Shown piece after piece: positions 26,441-39,625 of a stretch of DNA of 64,000 nucleotides. Under the pieces are notes generated by a model. That model was given only the letters and a program-made list of their open reading frames with translations. It searched no databases and had not been told where the DNA came from. Within the stretch, counting starts at the first letter, position 1; every line of letters begins with the position of its first letter. The translations under genes were made by a program, and so were the position numbers. Source of the DNA: Camelus ferus (Eukaryota); assembly GCF_009834535.1 (NCBI RefSeq), contig NC_045696.1, forward strand, positions 48,610,001 through 48,674,000, written 5' to 3'.

Positions 26441-26524
26441 CTTTTATTTGTCTTAAAGATGGTTGGTACTTTCCCAGACAGAGACTCATTTGACCTAATA
26501 AAAATTCCAGATTAACCAAGAATG

Positions 26525-26957
26525 ATGTTTGGTAGAGGAGAAATCTCTACCGTATTGATTCCAGATTGAGGGAAGGGGGATATTATGGATCTATCCTGCA
26601 CTGTTCCCAGCTATCAGTCTCTTTGAAAATTGCCTTTCATAAAAAAGATACACCTTGTCCAAGATCATGCTACCCCCTCACCCAAAAAAACCTATATCCT
26701 ATGACTAATTAAATTGGGGGTAAAACACCCAGCCCCTTTGCCTCATCTCAGGACAACTCTAATGCCATCCCAGTTTCAGAATTCCCTGCAAAGTGAACTA
26801 AAGTCATCTTTTGCCTGTGCTATAACCCACATTCACAAGTTACCAGATCCTCTTTCTTGCTTTCACCCCAGAAGTGTTCCTCATTAGAGCACTTACTAAT
26901 AAAAATTCCTGCAAGCTATTCTCCATCTCAAAGTCCACTTCCTAGAGAGATCTGAGA
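26525..26957 (+). mobile_element. LTR16-family (ERV-L) LTR
   Basis: CCCAGCCCCTTTGCCTCATCTCAGGACAACTCT...CATCCCAG...GAGCACTTACTAATAAA...CTCCATCTCAAAGTCCACTTCCTAG. Confidence 0.7.
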
Positions 26958-26959
26958 GG

Positions 26960-28130
26960 GAGGAAGCTAGGGTTAGATTTTACAGCTAGATTATCTGCTC
27001 TCCTGGGGAAAAGGACCCTATCACTCTTGGTGGATGAATTTATAGTACAAGATAGCCATGCAACTATAAAGCATATGATAAGGGCATCTCGAATCGATGT
27101 ACTTGAAAATCTTGATTCCCCCAAATTCACTGAATCCTCTGAGCCTGAAAAGGTGAATCACTCTTCCTGGTTAGGGTCAGTGTTTCACCCTTTTTAGAAA
27201 ACCCTTGGCTGTTCCTGCAAGTTAACTCTTGCACTCCCAGGAACGCCCTTAACTTTCCTTCCTGATCATTAGGACAACAAGTAGATCAAATCACCATGTA
27301 ACAAGTCCAGAGATGCCCTGGGCCTCCTAGGAGAGGAGAGGGGCAATACCATGAAAGAACCATAGGACCTAGAATATAGGTAATGGCAGAATTCAGGAGG
27401 AAATATATAGAATTGCAGATGTTAGATGTTGGAAGATGTTCTGAATCCAGCAGAACATCTCTTTGGTCTATATTGATGAGATACTAATCAGGAATGATAA
27501 ACAACAAATAGCAAGTGTGTTGGAGGCCTTGGAAGACCCATGAACTTCAGAAGGTGGGATATAAGCTATAAAGAGTTAAGATAATGTTATTAAGATTAAT
27601 AAGACTTTTAGAGATCCAGTGGTTTGTAGCATTCCAGGAAATACCTTCCAAAATAAAGGAAAATTAATTCATCTCACACCTCCTGCCACAAAGGAGGTGC
27701 AATGCCTGGTGGGCCGTAAGTGGAGAACTGTCCTGGCCATTATACAGGGTGACATGAAGAGCTACAAAGTTTGAGTAATACGCAGAGTGGGAAAAGCCTC
27801 TGTATGAGGTCAAGATTTCTGGATTTTGGTATAAGAAGCCCTAGTGCTTGGGCCATTTAATCTGACAGATCCTATGGTCTTAGATGTATAGATATAGACA
27901 TATGCAGATATAGATATAGATATAGATAGATAGATATGATAAGAAAAGATACTATGTAAGTTTTATGTAGAACTTAATGGGATAATTACAATGCAGTTCC
28001 CTGGGGTTCTAGAGTAAGGTTATACCATTTGCAAAGGGGAATTAAACATCTTTCGGATAATAGTTCCTGGTGTGATACTGTATAATGCTACAGATGCATT
28101 ATAAGGTACCAAATGACAGATAGCCAAAAA
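26960..28130 (+). mobile_element. Heavily deleted ERV-L internal remnant following the LTR16
   Basis: Degenerate gag/pol-like motifs (CTTGAAAATCTTGATTCCCC, TATATTGATGA, GTTTGAGT...CAGAGTGGGAAAAGCCTCTG, CAGATCCTATGGTCTTAGATGTA) similar in style to the 46-51 kb provirus. Confidence 0.6.
27885..27940. repeat. (GATATA/GATA)n simple repeat
   Basis: ATAGATATAGACATATGCAGATATAGATATAGATATAGATAGATAGATA. Confidence 0.85.
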
Positions 28131-28149
28131 TGCCCAACCAAAGCTGGAT

Positions 28150-28845
28150 TCTGCCAAACACACCATTTGAAGGCTGACAGCAAAGCCAAGGGTAGAAGCA
28201 GGGAGTCCAGTTAGGAAGCTATTAAACAACTCTGGGAGGTGGAACTGGTGGTGTTGAGCAGTGCTCAGATTCTGGATATATCTTGGAGATAGAGTTGACA
28301 CCATTTCTTGTTGGATTGGATGCAGAATGTGATGGAAAACAGTGACCAGGGATGACTAGAAGTTTTGGAGCCCAAGCAAAAGAGGGAAAAAGATTGGCCA
28401 TGTACTGAGCTGTCAAAGATTATGAAGGGAGGATTTCAAAGGACTAGGGCCAGGGTAGGGTGAAGTTATTCAAAGCTCAGTTTTGGACATGTTAAGTTTA
28501 AGATACATCTTAGACATTCAAGGTGAGATATCAAATAGGCAGTTAATATACAAGTCCAGACTCCAGAGGAGAGGTCCAAGCTGGAGAAATCCATTTGGGA
28601 ATTATTAGCATATAGATGATACTTAAAGCCCTGAGTCTATATGAGTTCATTAAAGGAGGATATGTAGATAGAAAAGAGGGTCAATGACGGAATGCTGAAA
28701 CACTCTTGCATTTAGAGGTCAGGGAGATGGGAGCAGTGCTGTGCAGCAATAGAACCAAGATAACATGGGCAGAGATGAGAGGAAGACAATAACACAAATG
28801 TTTTATCCTGAAAGCAAAGTAAGGAAAGTGTTTTAAGGAGAGTGA
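28150..28845 (-). mobile_element. L2 LINE fragment
   Basis: GGGAGTCCAGTTAGGAAGCTATT, AGATTCTGGATATATCTTGGAG, GCTCAGTTTTGGACATGTTAAGTTTAAGAT. Confidence 0.8.
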
Positions 28846-29499
28846 TTTGTGTGTGTGTATGTGTATAGCTCCTAACTAAGATGCCCCTCTCTCATTCATT
28901 TTTTTTTTTTTTCAAATCTGCTTTACTTTGGCATTTTCTGCTTCCACTCTTTCTAATTAGGTCCCATTTTCCCCTCATTCCATCCGTCCCTGTGTCTTTG
29001 CCCACTCCTCCCTTATAACAATAGCCCTTAAAACACATTAGTGAGTTCTTGGCAACTCACATCCTGTGAGGTAGAAAAGGCATCTTTCTAGTTTATAAAC
29101 ACAAACATAAGTCTTGACACAATTTGGGCTCTGACCTTTGATCCTCCAAAGATCACAGTTCTTTTTAGACATTACCTCATTAATCCCAAGATAAACTCTA
29201 AGTACATAAACTATAAGGCATTAAAATTTATTTGGAAGTACATGTGAAGAATTGCCTAAAATAGGCCATGTGGAACATTCAAACTAAATTAAATAAATTT
29301 ATCTGTAGATAAAGTCTTATTTCACTTGTAAGCTCTTATTAGTAGATATTCATGGAAATCACATAGAATGGATCACTGAAATACAAATTCTGATAACACA
29401 ATGAGAAAAAGATCCACAGTGTTGTGCCTGATTTAAATGGGCACAATATCACATCATGAACATAATTATCATCTTCATCATCATCATCGTCAACATTAC

Positions 29500-29695
29500 C
29501 TATGGGAAGCTTTCATCAGCGTCAGCACTGTGCTAAGCACTTTAAATTATTATGTAATTACTATAGCCACTCTACAAAATGGTACTAGAAGCGTCTATTG
29601 TAAGACTGGGAGCTCTAGGCTTAGAGACTTTAAGAAAGTTGCCCAAGGTCACAAAGATACAAGTGATGGGCATAAAGTACGTGACCATAAAACCT
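29500..29695 (-). mobile_element. MIR SINE
   Basis: GCACTGTGCTAAGCACTTTA...AGGCTTAGAGA...TTGCCCAAGGTCACA. Confidence 0.7.
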
Positions 29696-30297
29696 AATAA
29701 TAATACCAGTGATACTTAAATCTTAAGTCTTAAAAGAAAAGCTGAGATTATTGCCAACAGTGTGATGGAAGCTGAAATGAGAAATCTGGAGGATAGTTTA
29801 AGCATAAGAAACAGGAAAGAGAAGCCAACCAAAAGAAAAAATCAAAATTAAAAGTTAATACTTTATAAAAACTAATCAAATTGATGAATGTCTAGCAAGA
29901 CTAAGCAAGGTTATAAAATAAACAAAGTATCTATATTTCTTATCTATCTTTCAATCTATCTAAACCAATATAAATTTAAAAAGGGAAATTGGCCCTGGGC
30001 AAGGAAATAAAGTAAAATTAAAACGAGCGATTAAAATTCATATTTGAATTAATCCCTGTAATTCGTGATGCTTGAATCACTTTCACCCTGTTTTCGAGTT
30101 ACTTGAAACATTTCTTCTTGCTTGCTCCTTGCTTTTAAATAGTATTTTGCCATGGTTTTTTGGTTGCTTTTTCCTTTGTTCCAAGCAGTTCGCAGAGAGA
30201 ATTTCTACAGCAATGCCAAACCATAGAACGATGTGAAGCAAGGGGATGACTTCTCACACTTGCACTTTACCAGGATTATTCTGTCCTTGGTTTGTAG

Positions 30298-30406
30298 GAT
30301 GTTTTACTCCAGAAGAAAACAGTGGAAACCAGCTGAATTACTCCTGTGTGGCAAAAGGCAATGAATACACAGATATCTATAGTGTATTCAATTATGCTGA
30401 AATAAG
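30298..30406 (+). other. Candidate internal exon (109 nt)
   Basis: Acceptor TTCTGTCCTTGGTTTGTAG|, donor AAG|GTAAAT; one open frame (CFTPEENSGNQLNYSCVAKGNEYTDIYSVFNYAEI). Confidence 0.35.
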
Positions 30407-31244
30407 GTAAATGCTGTAGATTTACCTGTTTAGTTAACATTAAAGCTCTCCTCTGTAGCACAGATATTCCTTAGGGGCCTACAAAACTAAATGTAATACC
30501 CCAAATTAAAGAAATTCATTAAGTAAATAGCTTTAATACCTTTTGTGTTATAGATTTTGTTATAACATAAATCATGCTCAAAATTGTTAATGAATACAGA
30601 CACCCAAGTACAAAATAAATACTGAATATTTTTTCTAGACTGATAATAGCTAGTTATTATGTTGAAAGATACACTAAAAACAAATTTTACAACTATATAA
30701 ATGTTAAAAAGAGATAAGAAAATATTTAATTGAAGGTAATATAGAGTTTTTAATAAAATAAAATCTAAGGAAAGTATAAACCCTGTATAAATAAAACCAC
30801 ATCATTTTGTTCAAGAACATAAGAGTATTTTAATGAACAGAGACAAGCAATTTTGATTAAAAATTTTCCTAAAGATTGAGATGTCTGTGTTGGTAGCAGC
30901 AAAAACAAATGAACTTTTTAATGTATAAAATTATTATTTAATTTTTAAAAATAAATCATATTTTTAGTTCAAAAGAGTTAAATTCAAATATTCACTTTAT
31001 TAAAGGCAGTTAAATGTGTTTTTCAAGTAGTATCTAAATTATGTATTTATTATTTAAAAAATACATTATTCTGTATTGATCATTGCCATGGTCATTAATA
31101 ATTTAGTTAACTGGTAGAACTGAAGGTGACTCAAGTCTCGAATGCGGCATGAAACAGGATGGTTGAAGACATGGGCTTTGGAGTCAGCTAATCCTGTGTT
31201 CAAGTACTTGCAGTTCCATTAATGAGCTGAATGTCCTTGAGTAA

Positions 31245-31669
31245 TGTAGGCTGAAACGTATCCCCCCAAAAGATAACAGACCTAACTTCTGGCACCTCTA
31301 ATGTAACCATATTTGGAAATAGAGTCTGCAGAAGTAATTAAGATAAAGTCACTAGGGTGGTCCCTACTGCAATATGACTGGCATTCTTATAAAAAGAGAC
31401 ACAGAGACAGACATGCAGAGAGAATAATGCCATGTAATGACCAAGGCAGAGGTTGGAGTGATGCGTCTACAAGCCAAGGAATACCAAGAATCGCCAGCAA
31501 CACCAGACACTTAGGAGAAAGACATTAGATTCTCCCTCAGAATCTTCAGTATGGGCCTGCAGACACCTTGATTTTAGACTTTCAGCTTTCAGAACTGTGG
31601 GAGAATAAACTTGCCGTTTTAAGCCACCCAGTTTGTGCTAATTTGTCACAGTACAAGGAATCTAACACA
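31245..31669 (+). mobile_element. MLT1C-type MaLR solo LTR inserted in a MIR
   Basis: TG...CA termini; ATTTGGAAATAGAGTCTGCAGA, CTACAAGCCAAGGAATACCAAG, TTTAAGCCACCCAGTTTGTG; perfect 5-bp TSD AGTAA (31240-31244 and 31670-31674); MIR sequence on both sides. Confidence 0.9.
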
Positions 31670-32319
31670 AGTAAGTAACAACTTATTCAAGTTTCAGATT
31701 TTTTTCCCTCCTTCAAATAAGACTTGATAATTCCCATTAAGTACTTAATTTGTCTGTAGTCTGAGCTCCCTCATCTGTAAAATAGGAATGATAACAGTAT
31801 CCCCGTCATCATGTTGCAAGGATTAAATGAGAGCTATAAGTAAAGCACGTGGTCTTGAATCTGAAATACAAGAAAAGATACATAAGCATGTGCCATTTAT
31901 TATTAGATTTGATCATCCTTGCAACGTACTTAACATAGTGCTTAAAACACGGCAAGTACGTGTTATATATTACTATTCTGATTAAATAATAAAGATACAT
32001 AAAATACTTATGAGGTGCCTCAAACATAGCAAGCCTTCCAAATATTTGTGCTATTATAATTAATGAGTTTTCTAAATAAAGTAATTAATTTATCCTTCAA
32101 GTTATTATTTAATTTTCTGATGAAGCTGTAAATTAATCTTTAAAATGCTAAAATAAATTGCTTCAAATGGAGTAGTTCACACCTTGATGAACTCTGAGGT
32201 GTGTACGAATTCTGAATTTAAAATGGGAAACAGACAAGTACTACTAGAGGAAGAGATATACTATTTGAAAAGAATGAATTTGGAATAGACCAAAAGAGAG
32301 CAATTTCCTAATTTAAATA

Positions 32320-32600
32320 ACTATTGTAATTATGAAAAGAACTGTCCTGATTTTAGAAAATTAACATTGAAGTATTTATGAGGAAAAGGATCATACTGTA
32401 CCTGCAACTTACTTTGAACTAGCTCAGTAAAACGTTTTATCTATCTATCTATCTATTTTTTATTTAAATATAGGTGGATAAAAATGTAGGTAAAATTTTA
32501 ATGATATAGGAAATCTGGGGAAGGTTACACAAGAAATATTTGTACTATTTTTGCAATTATTCTAAAAAGTCTAAAATTAAGTCAAAATGAAAAGTTAGAA
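32320..32600 (+). mobile_element. Old L1M 3' end
   Basis: GTCCTGATTTTAGAAAAT...GAAGTATTTA...CTGCAACTTACTTT...TGTACTATTTTTGCAA. Confidence 0.6.
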
Positions 32601-32626
32601 GAAAGCATGTCAAAAAAGAACAAACA

Positions 32627-32800
32627 AGATAAACAAGATTATACTGTATAGCACAGAGAAATATATACAAGATCTTATGGTAGCTCACAGCAAAAAAAAA
32701 AGTGGCAATGAATATATGTATGTTCATGTATAACTGAAAAATTGTGCTCTACACTGGAATTTGACACAACATGGTAAAATGACTATAACTCAATAGCAAA
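32627..32800 (+). mobile_element. Young camelid L1, 5'-truncated 3' end
   Basis: Near-identical to the copies at 34412 and 51212; 15-bp TSD AAAAAAGAACAAACA (32612-32626 and 32801-32815). Confidence 0.9.
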
Positions 32801-33941
32801 AAAAAAGAACAAACAGAAAATTAGTATAAAATAAAGATGTTCTGCTTAGCCATTTAGATCACAAAGGTTTTTTTGATGACTGATTTAAAGCATGATTTAA
32901 ATAGAGTCTAGCTTGCATGATTTGAGAATTAATGGGAAACAAGAATCCAGATATTAACTTTACAGATAACTGTCTTTGAACAAGGTTAGCTCAGAAGGTG
33001 ATGAGCATCTTTTACTTTTATCATGTGTACATACAAATGAAATAATAGTTTTTCAAAAAAATTGTTTCTGAACCTTTGTTCTTTTCACCCATACAAGATC
33101 ATCACACTTGTCACCGTTCGGAGCTTTTGGAGAGGTGAGCATGGGAAAATATGCAGGTAAATCCTACTGTGTCATTTTAAGGAGCTGCAACACTAAAGAA
33201 CCTTGATTTGAGTCACTTTTCTTTCTGTAAATAGGATTGCCTGATAGACTATTTTATGACTCTTCTATAGGGAGACACTTTTCCACTAATCTTACAGATG
33301 CAGCGTGGACCACAAGATGCTACTTTTGTTTAATGATTTTCCGGCTTTAAGGACTTTGTAGTTGTGTACAGCAAGTTTTGAACTGGAAAGCTGCCAAACT
33401 GACTCTAATTTAAGCTTTGATATCACAAATGAATCTCTTCATAAGTCATGAATCATCCTGTAAAAATATCGGTGCGTCTAAAAGCCATACTAAAGCAATT
33501 TCAGGTCCAAAAGGATCACTATGCTATGTTGAACAAAAGGTTTAATCAGTCAGTGGATCAAAGCCAGCTTTGGTTATCTTCAGATAAACTCAGCAACATT
33601 TTTTTTTTATGTGCATCAGACTTCATTCATCCACAGAATAAATTTTTTTATCATTGGTGTACATATGCTCCCATTTATTAAGAGGTTTTTGTGACCAATA
33701 ATTCTACCTTTTATATAGTGTCACTCATGCAAAGACCTATCATAAACTCAAGTCAAACCTTCCCCATCTATGCTGCAAGGAACAGTGTATTTAACTGGTG
33801 GTGCCAATGTACACCAAGTCAGGATCTTTTTTTTCTAAGCAACAGTGAAACACTTCTATTCAAGTAAATTAATACTCTTAATTGATTTGTTTGGTAAGAG
33901 GCATAAGAAGAATCATAGATTAATTTTAAAACTTTATCAGC

Positions 33942-34700
33942 TGTAATAATTACTTCTGAGGGTTTTACCATTCCCAAACTTAGTGGCCTAAAACAACCAC
34001 CAGTTATTTGCTCACGATACTGTGGACTGGCAACACAGGCAGGGCTCAGCTGGCCCAGTTCATCTCTGCTCCTCATGGTGTCTGCTGGACTCATTCATGC
34101 TGTTGTGGTCAGTTGGCAGGTCAGCTGGTTGGGCCTGGATGGCTTCACAGGCATTGCTGGCAACTGGCTGGGGCTGTCGGCCAGGGCATGTCAGTTCCTC
34201 CCATGTGGTGTCTCCAGCAGGCAGCCTCGGGCTTTCTTATGCAGTATCTGATTTCTAAGAGGACAAGAACAGAAGCTGGACATCCTCTTAGGTTACCCTA
34301 CCAATCTGTTAGTCAAAGCAAGTCACAAGGCCAGGTCATATTAAAAGGAAGGGAAATAGATTCCACCTCTTCATGGGAGGAATGGCAAAGTCATATTGAA
34401 AAGAAGCATAGGCACAGACTGGGAGTTTGAAATTTGTAGAAACTGACAGGCATATGTAGAACAGATAAACAAGAGTATACTGTATAGCACAGGAAAATAT
34501 ATGTAAGATCTTGTGTTAGCTCACAGTGGAAAAGTATGCAACACTGAATATAAGTATGTTCACGCATAACTGAAAAGTTGTGCTCTACACTGGAAATTGA
34601 CACAACATTGTAAATTGACTATAACTCAATTAAAAAAAAAGAAGCATAGAATAGAGATGAGAGAAATTGTTGTGGCCATCTTTGCAACCCATCTATCACA
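33942..34700 (-). mobile_element. MLT1 (H-like) MaLR LTR interrupted by a young L1
   Basis: CCCAAACTTAGTGGCCTAAAACAACCACCAGTTATTTGCTCACGA...AAAGCAAGTCACAAGGCCAG...; resumes after the L1 with GTGGCCATCTTTGCAACCCATCTATCACA. Confidence 0.8.
34412..34636 (+). mobile_element. Young camelid L1, 5'-truncated 3' end
   Basis: AGATAAACAAGAGTATACTGTATAGCACAGG...TGTGCTCTACACTGGAAATTGACACAAC; 13-bp TSD AAAAGAAGCATAG (34399-34411 and 34637-34649). Confidence 0.9.
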
Positions 34701-35619
34701 TGGATATATAAATACTGAAATTTCTTCTTTCTTTAAAAAAGGAGTCTACTGGTGATTTTGCAAAATTTTCAACTGATCATTCCCTCTCCTTCACTTTGTT
34801 ACTATTTCAAATAGATTAATTTAAAATGCTTCCAAATATTGCCCTGATTTTAGGCTACCTGTTTTCCTTAAGATTATAGTGACTTTTCTTTAAAAACAGT
34901 GGTTCCTGTGTAGCTCCAAGTTACCTGATATTTATCTTCCCACAGAGAGCAAATGCTGTTGTGTGTGGACCTATTTATAAACCAGCGTCATTCATGGACT
35001 AACTTCATTTGTAAAAATCCTAGTGTTGGGCCCTTTTTTCACCAAGTTTTAAAATTGCTATTTCTCCTTTGTCAACCTCTTCTAAAACTGGTCTACTATT
35101 GTACATTACCTGTATTATTTTCACTGTATTAAATTTTAAAATTAGCCATATTTTAGCGGTAGCCCATTAGGTTGTTTGTATTTTATAGAATCAGTTACAA
35201 TATCAAAACTTCCTGTCAGTACTCTTTTTTTGGTACTCCTCCACTCCACTGAAGCCAGAAATGGAATATGGAACAATCTAAATAACATGTAGCCAGAATA
35301 ACTCAACCTTTCATCCCAAAATTTAATCAAACAAAGATTCCATAATGGAGATACTAGGAGAGGTGGAATAGCAATCTCCTCCAACCTCAGGTACAGGGCA
35401 GATTTTCTCTAAAGCCTGACTTTTGAAATGTTGGGCTTCAGCGACCACGGTGCCACTTGTAACGAAAGGCATAAAGCACATTCTGTGGGAGGACCACTAG
35501 AAAGCTGATGGCAGGAATAAGTGGAAAATCAGCAGTTTTCAGAGATAGATCAGTACTTTCCTCTTCTCATTTCCATCCTGTTTTCAAACTTCCAAGAAAT
35601 TTAGGTTTGTCCACTGGAG

Positions 35620-36055
35620 TAGTTATACTATTTAGGGTAACTAGTTAGGCTGATTTAACAGTGATTTACACTAAGGTAGACTCTCGCTCACTTAAAGGTC
35701 TGAGATGCAGGGCAGTCCAGTTTCATGCTCTGGCTCTGAGACGTGGGATACTTCCCTCTTGTTTTTCCATCATTCCCAGTTCTGCTTGGTCCATGACAGC
35801 TCCTAGGGCTAAACTGAGCCTGAGGAAGATGTAAAGAGGGAGTTTTAGGGACACGGCCCAGAAGTTACACACATCACTTGGTGTACATGAAATATTTGCC
35901 AGAATTAAATCATATTATCAATCTAACTCTATGGAAGGATGAAAATATAGCTCCCACCAGGGTAGCCAAGACTAAGCTATAACTCAATGGGGAAGGTCTT
36001 ATTACTAAAGAAAACATTGAGGTGAATGGATTCTATAGGATAACTAATCATCTCA
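35620..36055 (-). mobile_element. Old MLT1 (K-like) LTR
   Basis: GGCCCAGAAGTTACACACATCACTT...TTGCCAGAATTAAATCATA...GGAAGGATGAAAATATAG. Confidence 0.5.
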
Positions 36056-38399
36056 GCATATTATTCAAACTAAGTTGTGAACACAGGAATTAGTCACCTC
36101 CAGGAAACAGTTTGCTATTTCATATCAAAAGCCTTAAATATGTACTCGTCAACACAACAGCTGTACTGCTAGGAATAGCCCAAGAAAATAACTATGGATA
36201 TGCACAAAGATTTTGCTACGTTTATAATCATTGCAATATTAAGAAAATGAAAGGAAAAACCCTACAAATTTAACAAGTGATGTATTAATATAGGTTATTG
36301 AAGAAACAGTATTAAAATGTAGATTTGCCTATTAGAGTAGTTACATTATTTAGAATATTGGATTAGTTGTTCTCTCGTGGAGAACCAAACAACATGGACA
36401 ACATAGAAAGAATTTTACCATGCATTATTGAGTGAAAAAAAAGTTGGGCATGATATAAATGTGGTTTCATTTTATATAATCTTATATATAAATGTATATA
36501 ATCTTACTGACAAAATTAAATCTTAATATTATCTCTCTTAAATGGTCACATTCTTTGTTCCTAGGAATATGGGATACTTTTATAAGAAATAGAATGTTTT
36601 TAACCCTTACTCTTTTAACGATAGAAAGTAAATACATTAAAAGCAGATGACTACAAAACACAGAGTTCTAATATCCTATCAATCTCACATTGTATACAGC
36701 AGTCCTTTATCTTGGCTATACTTTGAATTCAGCACAGTATTGATGACTAGGGAATAGCACACTCCTCGTGTTCCTCTGAATCTTTTTTGGTTGGACTGTG
36801 CTGCATGCAATAAAAGAAGGAATATGCTTTTGGCTGCTGCAGTCTCTTTAACTGCAGCAGATCTGAGAATGTAATCCATCCATTTGGAAATTCAGAATCC
36901 GAATAAATTGGCTCAGGGATGCTCACTCCTTTCCTGGGGTATCTTATCTCCTTTAGCATAGGCGCCATGATGGATTTGCCGTATTTTTGAAAAGGCAACA
37001 AAGAGTTAAAATATAATTGGCTTGCAGTTGGGCAACAGCACATCCGCTTGCCCCCTAGATTTAATTTAAATGGGAAAATATTTCTGAGCAAGGACTGCAT
37101 AAAGCAGCAAGTTGAGAGAGTTGCCAGGAATGGATAAAAAAAAAATCTTCTTGTTAAAGAAAATCTGGTGAGAATTATAGCAGCGACTTTTCTGGCTCAG
37201 TTTTTTTAATGTACATAATGACAGAACCCCACAATACCCATTTATTTGACCAACAGATTTCATTAAAGGGCAGGAAATGCAATCTCCTGATAGATTTATT
37301 TCTTTACCAATTGCTTAATTATGATAACTTCATCATGGTAACAAAATGGATTATGTTTGTTTTCCCTGCACTCACCAGGGCCTAACTGGTAAATAGTCTG
37401 TCAACATTTCCAGTTCAACCCTAATGTTTCAAGGGGATGTGACTTGACTAAAATTAAGCTGCTGGCATCCACTTGTTCAGTCCCAAATTATTTTTACGTT
37501 GTTTAAGTCAAATAGTTGTGCAGCAATTTAACCTTTCTTAAGGAAAGAAGGACACATTTGGCCTTTGCACCTACCAATAGGTTTATTTTTAATTCCTCAA
37601 ATTTTCTTGGAAACTCCAGTTAGTATTTTTAAATGTCTATGGATTTGTAATTGAGAGCCTATTTTGCATGGTACCCGGTGGCCAGTAGGATCCTCAGTGT
37701 AGATTTCACCTGTCCCTGCTGAAAGTGGAAGAGCAGGCTCAGGCTCATACTTGAATGGCTCTCTCCCTTGGAATAAGTTATGGTTGTGCATTTTTCAGCA
37801 AAATTTAACTGGAAGAAATCTTGCTTTGCTTTTGTGTGCTCTAAGATAACTGATTTGACTTTCCCCTGCTAAGATAACTCAGCATCATCTTGTACATACG
37901 GTCTGAGAAAGCACTCAAATGTCAATCAGGATGGAAGAACCAACAGCTGGAAACTATCCCAGCGTCTCTCAAAATAGCACAAGCTAGTGGGTAGAACAGA
38001 CACACTGAGGGCTAATAATGGTAACAGTAAGCAAAAGGATGTTTTTATTAAGTCTGGGAATGTACCTACCTTGACAATAAAATATTTGTAGAATGAATCC
38101 AGGTGATTATAGAGGTTTTTGCTTTGAGAACTGCAAAACTTGTGAGAAATGATATGCACTGACTAATACTTTTTATTGAAATTTAATAAATCAATATGCT
38201 TACGTAAGAAATTTTCAAATGACTTAGAGATGTAGTTTACTTTTTTCTTTCTTCTTTTCATATGTGTTGTTAAAATGTGGTCCTCCTTTTAGTCTACACT
38301 TCAGTCTAAATTCTTTCTCTATTTGACAACTCTGTACATTTGTGTGCTGGATAAATTTCCCAATGAAAATACTGAGCTATTCTAGAAACTGCACAGTCA

Positions 38400-38765
38400 T
38401 TTCAAATAAAAAATATAATTTAAAATATGTCCATTTTAACAGAATATAAAAGAATAAATGTATGACTACCTTAGTAGATGAAGAAAAGCCATTTGATAAT
38501 AACATCAATTCTTAATATTCAATCAATGTAGCAAAGTCAGAATGAAAGGGACTAGAGAATACCCATTAAAAACCTGTAGGGATGAACATAACTTGTAAAT
38601 CAACTATACTTCAATTAAAAAATAAATAAAATAAAATCAGTGTAAAAACAAATGAACAAAAAAACCCAAAACACAACCTATAGGGTTGCATAACTGTACA
38701 CTTAAAAATGGTTAAAATGGTACGTTTTACATTGTCTATTTTAGCACTATATACACACATTTTAA
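38400..38765 (+). mobile_element. L1 fragments including a short L1 3' tail at ~38582-38674
   Basis: AGTAGATGAAGAAAAGCCATTTGATAA (ORF2 motif); TTGTAAATCAACTATACTTCAAT-A-rich tail flanked by the imperfect TSD AACCT(G/A)TAGGG; CTGTACACTTAAAAATGGTTAAAATGG. Confidence 0.6.
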
Positions 38766-38929
38766 AAGAATAAGTGTGGAAAAATACAAATAATTATGTC
38801 ATATCAGCATACACTGAAATTATTTACAAATCTACTTTGAATACTTCAACACAAATTCAACTATTAATATTACCATGTTTAAGAACTGCAATATTACTAT
38901 AGACATGTTTTACTGACCACTTTTGTTTT

Positions 38930-39135
38930 CTAGACATGGTACCAAGGACTTCATATTATCTCTTTTCATTTTTACAAGAATCCTATGAGATAGAAATTAT
39001 CATGTGCATCTTATAGATGAGGTGTCTGAGATTCAGGGAGTTGAAATTAGTTTCCTGATGACACACAGCCAGAAGCTGATGGATGCTGCAATTCAAACCC
39101 AGGTCCGCCTGACTCTGACATTGATGTTTACAGCA
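38930..39135 (-). mobile_element. MIR SINE
   Basis: AATCCTATGAGATAG...TTATAGATGAGG...CACACAGC...ATTCAAACCCAGGTCCGCCTGACTC. Confidence 0.8.
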
Positions 39136-39209
39136 CTTTGGCTCTAGTGCCTTCTATGGTTACATTCATTTAATCTCACCAAACTGAACACAAAAACAAA
39201 ATGTTTTTA

Positions 39210-39625
39210 GTAACTGAAACAAAATTTGGCTCTCCAAAAGATATGTCAGCCTCCTAATTTCTGGAACCAGTAAGTGTACCTCATTTGGGAAAGAAGTCTT
39301 TTCATATATAATTAAATTAAGGAATTTGAAATGAACAGATTATCCTGGATTATCAGTAGATACTAAATTCAAAGACAAGTATCCTCATAAGAGGTACACA
39401 GGGAATATTTGACAGAGAAGAGGAAGAGGCAATATTATCAAGGAGCAGAGGTTGGAGTGATGCTGTCACAAGCCAAGGAATGCCTGGAGCTACCAGGAGC
39501 TGGAAGAAGCAAGGAACAGAATCTCCCCTTGAGTCTTCGGAGGAAGAAAGGCCCTGCCACACACCACATCTTGTTTTTGGACTTTTGGCTTCCAGACTGA
39601 GAGAATAATTTCTGCTGTTTAAAAA
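39210..39625 (+). mobile_element. MLT1C/D-type MaLR LTR
   Basis: GATTATCCTGGATTATC, CACAAGCCAAGGAATGCCTGGAGCTACCAGGAGCTGGAAGAAGCAAGGAACAGAATCTCCCC. Confidence 0.85.

Noticed and set aside
29437..29697. His-rich 86-aa ORF
   Set aside because: The His run comes from a (CAT)n microsatellite and the rest is MIR
30362..30390. 9-bp hairpin TGAATACAC/GTGTATTCA as a pre-miRNA
   Set aside because: The stem is far too short for Drosha/Dicer processing and is expected by chance in 64 kb
33099..33156. Possible small exon with GAG|GTGAGC or CAG|GTAAAT donors
   Set aside because: Weak AAG acceptor and no independent support
34008..34430. Longest ORF in the track (140 aa)
   Set aside because: Lies within an MLT1 LTR, has a non-ATG start and no protein-like features
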